Of a DNA stretch of 44,789 bases, positions 10,170 through 17,855 are shown piece by piece. How positions within the stretch are numbered: the stretch's first letter is position 1; each line of letters begins with the position of its first letter. This stretch comes from Promethearchaeia archaeon (GTDB lineage: Archaea; Asgardarchaeota; Lokiarchaeia; Sigyniarchaeales; SOKP01). The notes beneath the pieces were generated by a model. The model saw only the letters and a list, made by a program, of their open reading frames with translations, ran no database searches and was not told the DNA's origin. Location of the stretch: the NCBI GenBank assembly GCA_046483985.1, contig JAWOCD010000095.1, positions 1-44,789 on the forward strand, given 5' to 3'. The position numbers and the translations under genes are program-made.

Positions 10170-10302
10170 CTTAATTCTTTACGAAATCTTTTTCGATCTT
10201 AATTAATAAAGTTTTGGACTTTATAAAGGAGGAGATTTATAAATATATAAAGCAAATTGTATTTAAAGGAATTATTTAAAATAAAGGTATGTTAAAAGAA
10301 GT

Positions 10303-11061
10303 TTAGGGATTATCGAAAGATTTAATCCTCAAAATAAGGGCAAAGGATGATTTATAAAGCTCACTGTGCGACATTTCTTTAATTCCTTTCATATAACTTA
10401 GGTTAAAGTCCTCATCCCGTTTCAAATACGTAATATCCCGTGTTTTATGTTCTTGATCAATAAATACGTCAACTTTTAAAATATTATCTTTGGATTGAAC
10501 CGGCATTTGAGGCATTAAATTCAATGCTAATACCAAATCAGGGTCATCTGGCGAATTCCCTTCCTGAATAAAGAGGATATTTGGTTCCGAAACCGCTAAA
10601 AAGCTTTTAAGAGAATGAAAAAGGTCGTCAATCCGTAGTTTAATTTGGTATTCATTATTTCCCTCTATCGCTTCACAATCACTACTCTTTGGAAAAATAA
10701 ATTTTTCTTTTCCTTGGAATGCCAGACTTTGTTCGTTGGGATTTAGGTATTGATCAAATATCTCATCATCTTTGTCTAACATAAATTCATCTGTTAGCGG
10801 CTCTGCTTTCGTATACACGATGACCGACCCTCTCGTCATGAGACTAACCTTTTGATAATAAATCCCCGCATTTGGGTCGTATGGAAGATTAATTTCTTCT
10901 TCCTTCCCGCCTAATCCAATTTGTGCCAAGACATTCGAAGGATTACTCGTTAATGTAAAGAGTAAAAAAGAGCGTAAATTTTCCAGCTCAATATAACCAT
11001 TAAAATTATCTAAATACGAATGAATTAAGTCAACATTTTCTTTAAGTTGATTATCAGACAT
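10303..11061 (-). CDS. Hypothetical protein
   Basis: 252-aa acidic ORF, no recognised motif. Confidence 0.7.
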   Translation of the reverse strand: MSDNQLKENVDLIHSYLDNFNGYIELENLRSFLLFTLTSNPSNVLAQIGLGGKEEEINLPYDPNAGIYYQKVSLMTRGSVIVYTKAEPLTDEFMLDKDDEIFDQYLNPNEQSLAFQGKEKFIFPKSSDCEAIEGNNEYQIKLRIDDLFHSLKSFLAVSEPNILFIQEGNSPDDPDLVLALNLMPQMPVQSKDNILKVDVFIDQEHKTRDITYLKRDEDFNLSYMKGIKEMSHSELYKSSFALILRIKSFDNP

Positions 11062-11158
11062 TTTTCTTGGACATCTTTTTTTTAAAAAATATTAATTAAG
11101 TATTTGTATTAAATGTATGTCTTATTAAAAAAGCAAACAGATTAGTCTATTTTTTCAC

Positions 11159-11587
11159 CTATGTAGTACCTTTTTGATCCATATATTTTTTTAAGAATCT
11201 TTTCAGAGAACTTTTCACTTCAGAAGTGATATGATGCTCAATCTGACAAGCAATGGAATTAATGGCTTCTTTATCTTTGATTTTTAACACATCGGCAAAG
11301 AAGGAATTAAGAATCTGGTGGATTTCCGTTAATTGTTCTGCAATTTGTTTCCCTTTCCTGCTTAATCGAATTGCTTTTCGGGGTTCCCATTTGATTAATC
11401 CTTCTTTCTTTAATTTTTCCAGCATTCCAGAAACACTAGCGGGTTCCACGTCAAGTCTCTTAGCAATTTCTTTATTTGTTACCCACCCTCCCTTTTTATT
11501 GCGTGAGATCGCATAAATCTCATCTATGTACTTCTGGTAAGATTCTGGGATGTCAGATACTTTATAGGGGGGATTTTTAGATGACAT
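11159..11587 (-). CDS. DtxR/MntR-family metal-dependent regulator
   Basis: wHTH EIAKRLDVEPASVSGMLEKL and 'ACQIEHHIT' dimerisation motif. Confidence 0.9.
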   Translation of the reverse strand: MSSKNPPYKVSDIPESYQKYIDEIYAISRNKKGGWVTNKEIAKRLDVEPASVSGMLEKLKKEGLIKWEPRKAIRLSRKGKQIAEQLTEIHQILNSFFADVLKIKDKEAINSIACQIEHHITSEVKSSLKRFLKKYMDQKGTT

Positions 11588-11685
11588 TTTCTTTATTTTT
11601 TTCCTTTCTAATATTTTTATCTACGTTAAAATTAATTTGAATTTATCTATTTAAATCGGTGTATAAATTAAACACACTAATATTG

Positions 11686-11909
11686 TTGAACTACCACGGC
11701 CTAAAGGGCAATGGATTCGTAATTCATTGAGAATCGTCGACACAGATAACATCGGTCTTACATCCTCTCCAAACGCCAGCCCAACAGTCCTTGCGGTTAT
11801 ATGATGAACTTGGTTATCGTCCATCAATTACATTATAGTATCGTTCCTTTATAAATATATGTGCGATTCATCACCGCCCTAAAGGATGGTGCCTTCTCAC
11901 ACTCTATGG
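11686..11909 (-). mobile_element. Non-autonomous IS200/IS605 MITE (224 bp) with omega-RNA-like right end
   Basis: TTTAA motif, left-end hairpin (GGCACCATCCTTTAGGGCGGTGATGAAT), TGGAGAGGATGTAAGACC, then GAATCCATTGCCCTTTAGGCCGTGGTAGTTCAA right end. Confidence 0.8.
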
Positions 11910-11924
11910 TTAAATTGGAACATT

Positions 11925-12196
11925 TTGAACTACTCATGCCTAACGGCGTGAGATTCATATTCTCTAATAAGTAATCATTACACGAGACGATATAGGTTGG
12001 TTCTCCAAACCTAAATTAAGGTTCTGGTTCTTTTTATAATTACAAATTATTTTAATGCTAAGGTATTAGTCCGAAGCATTATATAATTATAAGTTAGATA
12101 TTGACCTATTTAAAAATATGGTCTTAAGATATTTAGGAATTTAAACGCAAAATTCATCTCCATCCTAAAGGATGATGTTTTCTTTTATTTTTTTTG
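11925..12196 (-). mobile_element. tnpB-derived MITE (272 bp)
   Basis: TTTAT motif, left-end hairpin, first codons of tnpB (MLRTNTLALK*), right end GAATCTCACGCCGTTAGGCATGAGTAGTTCAA. Confidence 0.8.
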
Positions 12197-12760
12197 ATAA
12201 AAACTAAAAAAAAGAAAAAGGAATAGAGATTGATGTTCAAGGTTTAGAATTTTTCGTGTTTTTTTAAAAGGAGTCGATGGAATATATGACGCGGCATAAT
12301 CGTGTATCTTTAAAATAATCTTCAAGGGAGAAGTAGATTCAGCGAAGGTCGTTAGGACCTTCTATCCTTAAGACGTGAAAATGTAAAATTTAATTGATTA
12401 AAAATATGATGAATTTTATTTCAAAATAAGAAATATTCTTCGAAATCCCCGGAGATTCTATTTGATAAGAAGAGTAGTCAAGATGAAAAAGCCAAAGGGC
12501 CCAAGATTTTAAAGCAAGAAGCGAAGACTAGAGAAGATACAGCTAAAAAGGAAAAGGTCCCTGAACATATTGATAAGGAAAAGGAGTAATTCCTCAAATT
12601 ACTAAAAAAAATCTAAATATGTTTTCTTTTTTCCAATACCTTTCTGGCATGTGTCTTACAACAATAATAAAGATTCGTGCAACTCTTTCGTGCCACATTT
12701 AGTACCGAAACTGAGTGCTTGAACTCCCTTCACTAATCGATCCAATAGCCCTCCTCTGGT

Positions 12761-13016
12761 AAAAATTATCCTCTAGGAGGGAGATGTATTTCGCGTTTAA
12801 ATCACTAAATATCTTAAGACCATATTTTTAAATAGGTTAATATCTAACTTATAATTATACAATGCTTCGGACTAATACCTTAGCATTAAAATAGTTTGTA
12901 ATTATAAAAAGAAGCAGAACCGTAATTTAGGGTTGGAAAACCAATCTATATCGTCTCGTGTAATGATTACTTATTAGAGAATATGAATCTCACGCCGTTA
13001 GGCGTGAATAGTGTAA
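12761..13016 (+). mobile_element. tnpB-derived MITE, inverted near-copy of 11925-12196
   Basis: Reverse-complement match over ~255 bp; outer left end lost and right end mutated (GTGTAA). Confidence 0.8.
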
Positions 13017-13076
13017 AGGATGTTTTTTTATTAAATATAAGTAAACAAATGAACTATTTATGGTGGGAGGATTTTA

Positions 13077-13649
13077 GTGAAAAAGCAGTTTCCAGGAACT
13101 TTATTTTTAGTAGTCGGAAATTCTGGGTCTGGGAAGGATTCCATCATTTCCGAAGCTCTTAAGAAATATCCCAAAAATTTGAAAACGCTTCATGGCGTGA
13201 AACGATACATTACCCGACCCGCTTCCGAATACGAGAAAAATATATCGGTGACCGAAAAAGAGTTTAAAAAAATGAAAAAAGCGGGAGATTTTGCCCTTAG
13301 CTGGCACATCTATCATCTATATTATGGGGTTCCCATACAAATCGATGAATGGTTGCAGAAGGGAGAACCCGTGGTGGTTAATGTAAGCAGGACGATTATA
13401 GATGACGCACGAACAAAATATGCAAATTTAAAGGTGATTTTTATTAAAGTCCCCTTCGAAATTACCCTAAAACGAATTAAAGAGCGGGGAAGGGAGGACG
13501 GTGAGCAGTTAGAAGAACGAATAGAACGGGCAAAAACTCATCAAACGTGTGACAATGCGGATTATGTCGTGGATAACTCCAGTAAGTTAGAGGATGCGAT
13601 AGATCAGTTCCTCGACATTATCATAAAGGCGCAAGAGGGCATTCAATAA
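13077..13649 (+). CDS. phnN: Ribose 1,5-bisphosphokinase PhnN / guanylate-kinase-like protein
   Basis: VVGNSGSGKDS, RYITRP, FALSWHIYHLYYGVP, VVVNVSR, RGRE. Confidence 0.8.
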   Translation: MKKQFPGTLFLVVGNSGSGKDSIISEALKKYPKNLKTLHGVKRYITRPASEYEKNISVTEKEFKKMKKAGDFALSWHIYHLYYGVPIQIDEWLQKGEPVVVNVSRTIIDDARTKYANLKVIFIKVPFEITLKRIKERGREDGEQLEERIERAKTHQTCDNADYVVDNSSKLEDAIDQFLDIIIKAQEGIQ

Positions 13650-13813
13650 CTTTCAGTTCTTTCGAAGGGGCTCTTCATTCTTTCTTCTCTCACTTAGACC
13701 AGAAGGTTATAGAAAATTTGGCTTTCAAGTACATTATGGAGCCAGTCAAAAAAATATTTATTTTAAGAATGATTAGACCTTAGTAGATAAATAATTTTAA
13801 AAAATTTGTCATT

Positions 13814-13949
13814 GGCCCGGGTAGTATAGAGGTTAGAGTTCTGAGGCAATACGCCCAATTCCTTTAAAGTATTGGGGACTGTGAATCCTTAGAGGGGGGT
13901 TCAAATGACATGAGAGATTCTCTCAGCAGAATACTTCCCCCCCCGGGCC
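13814..13949 (+). tRNA. tRNA-His(GUG) with encoded G-1 and two non-canonical introns (13835-13867, 13905-13934)
   Basis: Acceptor GCCCGGG/CCCGGGC, D stem GTAT/GTAT, anticodon arm GGGGA-CTGTGAA-TCCTT, T stem GGGGG/CCCCC, discriminator C; both insertions fold as BHB-like motifs; T-rich tail follows; CCA not encoded. Confidence 0.85.
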
Positions 13950-14150
13950 CTCTTTTCTCTTATCTTATGTCACGTTAAATTTCTAAAGATAATATATTCT
14001 GCGGATAATCATTTCACTATTGGAGCAATCGGATAGGGGCTAATTCTATCCAATTATATACATCAAAAAATGAGAATTTATTTTCAATTCTGTATTTTAT
14101 TATTTGAGATAAGGAATAATGATAAGGAAAAGAGCTAAAAAAGGGTCAAA

Positions 14151-14621
14151 ATGAAGATTATGAATCTATTTAAGCCAGATAAAGTGCGAGATGTTCCAGG
14201 TTGGGAAGGTAAAGCGCCAGTACCGATTTGTATGGATGGGGATTATCGTGCACTTACCTTCTGCTGTAAACCTGGGCATTCATTAACTTTCGCTTTTAAA
14301 TGTAAACGCGATCAAGTATTGGAAGAATTAGGGTTAACAAAGCAGAAATATATAAGGATAAAAGAACAATTTTCAGAAGAAAATGATTGGGATTCAGATT
14401 TTGTATGTTTTGGTTCTATGTCATACTGCTGCATGAGACGTGGAGGATGTCCTCATAGAGACCGTGCATTAAAAAAACGTTATCCAAATAAAAGCAAGGA
14501 AGAGTTCATGAAAAGATATTTTCAAAAAAAGCGGGAATTATCCAAGAGGATTCTCGAAAATGTGGATGATCCTGAGGCAAAAAAGAAGGTTAAACCCTAT
14601 TTAGAGCTGTTAAACGAATAA
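14151..14621 (+). CDS. Methanogenesis marker 9-like Cys-rich protein
   Basis: W..AP.PIC..GD.RALTFCC.P and CFGSMSYCC...CP.RD.AL. Confidence 0.75.
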   Translation: MKIMNLFKPDKVRDVPGWEGKAPVPICMDGDYRALTFCCKPGHSLTFAFKCKRDQVLEELGLTKQKYIRIKEQFSEENDWDSDFVCFGSMSYCCMRRGGCPHRDRALKKRYPNKSKEEFMKRYFQKKRELSKRILENVDDPEAKKKVKPYLELLNE

Positions 14622-14690
14622 AGTTTAAGAATAAATTAAAAATTGGTAAGCCCATACCTATTTTTAAAGGAGTAAAAAAAAGAGTAAATA

Positions 14691-15644
14691 ATGATAACAA
14701 CAATTACACATGGGATCGATTTAGATGGTTTAGGCTCTCAAGCAATAATTAAAAGATATTTAATCCTGAAGAAAAACATCAAATCTAAAGAGATTACATT
14801 AAAGTACGCTCATTATCCAACGTTTTTAGGTAAAATGAAGAAAATATTAGATTCAGATCCTCTTCCAAAACGCATATATATTACCGATATTGGATTTAAT
14901 GACGATTTTGAAAAATTATTTCCGGATTTGAAGGAATTAGAAGAAAAAGGCTGTAAAATATTCTGGTTTGATCATCATATTATAGAGCCAAAAGTAGAAA
15001 GCAAGCTCAAAAAGATAATCACGGAGTATACTAATAATAGCGGCCAGTGTACTGCTGAAATTGTGAAACGTTACTTCTTACCCCATGATTCTGTCTCTCA
15101 CCAAATCGCCGAGTATGCAAGCGATATTGATTTTCGGACTGATAAATACCATATAGCGGAGAAGCTCCAATCGATTATCTCCTACAATCGGGGCAAAAAG
15201 AATTATGAGAATAGATGGAAGATAGTGAATTATTTAGTAAACGGAAATTTTGAAAATCAATGGTTTGAGGAACAATATGAAGATCTCCGCGAACGGAAAG
15301 AAAAAACAATGAAAAAAACCCTTCAGAATGTAGAATTTTTTACCTTAAGACATTTTGGAGAGTTTGTAATATCTCATGCCAAGGAAGAAGGTGGAATTGT
15401 CTGTAATTACCTAAAAGAAAAATATCCAGAAATAAAAACCTATATCGGAATTGATGAGCGATATAACGAAGTGATAATTTACAGCAGTGAAGTAGATTGT
15501 AGAGAAATAGCAAGAGAATTCGGCGGGGGAGGGCATAAAAATCGGGCGGGATTTAAGTATCCGGAGCTCATAAACCCGATTTCTACCTATGATCCAGACT
15601 TTATGAAGAGATTATTTCAACTACTTTTAAAATACAAATTTTAA
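14691..15644 (+). CDS. DHH/DHHA1 phosphoesterase (NrnA/RecJ-like)
   Basis: THGIDLDG, ITD, WFDHH, FGGGGHKNRAG. Confidence 0.9.
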   Translation: MITTITHGIDLDGLGSQAIIKRYLILKKNIKSKEITLKYAHYPTFLGKMKKILDSDPLPKRIYITDIGFNDDFEKLFPDLKELEEKGCKIFWFDHHIIEPKVESKLKKIITEYTNNSGQCTAEIVKRYFLPHDSVSHQIAEYASDIDFRTDKYHIAEKLQSIISYNRGKKNYENRWKIVNYLVNGNFENQWFEEQYEDLRERKEKTMKKTLQNVEFFTLRHFGEFVISHAKEEGGIVCNYLKEKYPEIKTYIGIDERYNEVIIYSSEVDCREIAREFGGGGHKNRAGFKYPELINPISTYDPDFMKRLFQLLLKYKF

Positions 15645-15677
15645 ATAAGCGATTTTGCTTTTATTATTTATATTTAT

Positions 15678-15808
15678 CAAAAAAGCAAAAGAAAACTTCA
15701 TCCTTTAGGATTAAAGGATGAAGGTTGGAGAACCAACCTATATTGTCTAATGTAATAATCACGCATTAGAGAATATGAATTTCACGCCTCTAGGCGTGAG
15801 TAGTTCAA
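15678..15808 (+). mobile_element. Minimal 131-bp MITE of the same tnpB family
   Basis: TTTAT|CAAAAAAGCAAAAGAAAAC left end; right portion matches 12931-13016 and ends GGCGTGAGTAGTTCAA. Confidence 0.8.
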
Positions 15809-15830
15809 TCTAATAGTGGTTTAAAGAATT

Positions 15831-16436
15831 ATGTCAGAAAAAGTAGAGAATGGAAAACCTCAAGAGGATTTATTAATTGAAAGTTTATGGATTCTGAGCA
15901 GTAAATCAGGGATCTGTATCTACGAAGAAAACTATGAAGATATTACCAAGGACGGAATAAATGTAGACCTCATCTCCTCATTTATCTCGGCCTTGTTAAC
16001 GTTTGCTGATGAAGCATTTACCGATGAGATCAAACATATTAAGTTTGCGAATAGAAAAATAGTATTTCATTTTTCCGATTATTTCCTCTTTGTAATCGCG
16101 GTTAATGATCAAGCGCCCGCAACTGATGCACAGATAAAAAAGGTGATATTTAAAATAGCAGAAAAGTTTAATGACAAGTATTATACCTTATTTGCCGAAG
16201 ATAAATGGAATGGAAATATTGAAACATTTGATCCCTTCTCCAAGGAACTACGAAAAATAGTAAAGAAGGAACCAATTGCAGAGAAATTTTTGCAATTATT
16301 AGGGGTTAAGGAACATCTCAAAAGGGTGGAAGGATTCTTGAACGACAAAAGAGAGAAAATTTTAGAACACCGAAAAAAAATTGAAAATGTACTGAAATCA
16401 AAAAAGAGGATAAAGGATCTGCTTCCAAAAAGGTAA
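15831..16436 (+). CDS. Longin-like domain protein (eukaryotic signature-type)
   Basis: LWIL...SGICIY, DLISSFISALLTFA, IKHIKF, FLFVIAV, IAEKF..KY, WNGNIETFDPF pattern of longin folds. Confidence 0.7.
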   Translation: MSEKVENGKPQEDLLIESLWILSSKSGICIYEENYEDITKDGINVDLISSFISALLTFADEAFTDEIKHIKFANRKIVFHFSDYFLFVIAVNDQAPATDAQIKKVIFKIAEKFNDKYYTLFAEDKWNGNIETFDPFSKELRKIVKKEPIAEKFLQLLGVKEHLKRVEGFLNDKREKILEHRKKIENVLKSKKRIKDLLPKR

Positions 16437-16527
16437 TTACTTACCTATATTATTATATTTAAGAAATTTGACCTAAAAAGATAAAAAACAAATAAAATAA
16501 AGCTTCTTATTGAGATTTTAACAGAAA

Positions 16528-17190
16528 TTAATCTAATTGGATCTCTTCTTGTTTATCGCTCAATTTTTTCAATTTCACTTCAAGAATTCCATTTTGTAAC
16601 CGTGCTTTTGCGTGGTCTGAATCAACTGGCGCGGGAAGATCTAATTCCTTATAATATTTTCTTCCTTTGGCACTTTCTTTGGTGGAGATAGTGATCTCTT
16701 GAGGTGATGATTTTAATTCAATATCCTTCTTCTCAATTCCGGGCATCTCCGCAACAATGATTACATTTTCTTCGTCTTGATTTACATCCACTAAAGGTTC
16801 TCGGAAACTGCTTGCCTCTGGTTTATTAGTATTTTTTTTTGGCTTTAAGTTCCCAAAAGATTTAACAACTGGCTTTCCATTTGAACCAAAATTAACATTA
16901 AACCCAGTCATAAAGGGAGAGACTCCTTTTGAGCCAAAGTTATCTTTAAACATCTTTTGCATCTTTCGAAAATCATCTGGATCAAAATTGTTAAAGTTGA
17001 AGTTCTCAAAATCAAAATTCTTAAACATCTCTTTAAATTGCTCATTTTGAGAGAGATTTGACATTAAATTTTTAAATATTCTCTGAAATTGCTTGTTCTC
17101 GAAGATCTTCTGCGGATTTTTGAATATATCGAAAAAATTAAACGGTTCATCCTCGTCATCTTCGTCTTTATTTTCATTATTTCTTGGCAT
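16528..17190 (-). CDS. hsp20: Archaeal small heat shock protein Hsp20
   Basis: GKPVVKSFGN, REPLVDV, VAEMPGIEKKDI, A.LQNGILEVKLKK, C-terminal IxL motif. Confidence 0.9.
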   Translation of the reverse strand: MPRNNENKDEDDEDEPFNFFDIFKNPQKIFENKQFQRIFKNLMSNLSQNEQFKEMFKNFDFENFNFNNFDPDDFRKMQKMFKDNFGSKGVSPFMTGFNVNFGSNGKPVVKSFGNLKPKKNTNKPEASSFREPLVDVNQDEENVIIVAEMPGIEKKDIELKSSPQEITISTKESAKGRKYYKELDLPAPVDSDHAKARLQNGILEVKLKKLSDKQEEIQLD

Positions 17191-17265
17191 AAATTATTCC
17201 TCACCTAAGTGAATTATATTTATATTTAATAAAAATAACTCTTTCCAAAAATATTTTGTGAGTTT

Positions 17266-17701
17266 TTGAATCATCCCCCAATTCTTTTCAAATTTTATTC
17301 AGAAGTTTAAAGAATTTTAAAAATCTCCTCAAATGGAAAAAGGGATGATGAACTTGATTATACTTTTTAAGAATAGACATAACCTAACTCTTTATAGAGT
17401 TCATAGTGTTTTAAGTTGTTGATATTGGTCCATATAGAATGGAACTTCTTTATCCTTATCGAAAAAGGATTATCTCTTGTAATAATTAGCTAAATTCCAG
17501 ATAGCATTGGTTCTGACCGACATAATCTTTAGAATTCGCTGTTATTGTCTATTTTGTTTCAATTCTAAAGTATTTGTCCGAAGTATGCATAGTATATAGG
17601 GTCTCCATTATTTAAATCTTTTGGTTAAAGCGGTTTTCAATCTAAAATTAGGGCAAAATCCATTCTCGTCTTAAAGGAATGGTATTCTTTTGCCTTTAAT
17701 G
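17266..17701 (-). mobile_element. Internally deleted IS605/IS1341 element with tnpB pseudogene
   Basis: TTTAT motif and left end at 17701; reads LRTNTLELKQNRQ*QRILKIMSVRTNAIWNLANYYKR*SFFDKD... (TnpB N-terminus) joined to ILKKYNQVHH (C-terminus, as at ~4800); putative right end GGGGGATGATTCAA. Confidence 0.75.
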
Positions 17702-17855
17702 ATAAATAAATTTAATAATTAGAAATAGCTTTTATAAAAATAAGCTTAAATACTTATAAAATAGCTTATAATCAAGAAAAAAATTTTAATACTGATTAAA
17801 TTTTTTTCCAACAACAAAATTAAATAAAAAAAGAAAAAATCTAGAGGAGATTAAT

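Noticed and set aside
12420-12760. ORF-like fragments between the inverted MITEs
   Set aside because: No start codon or recognisable homology; too degraded to call
11686-13016. Possible CRISPR array or composite transposon
   Set aside because: Repeats are long IS605-type ends without regular spacers, there are no cas genes, and the enclosed DNA has no intact cargo gene
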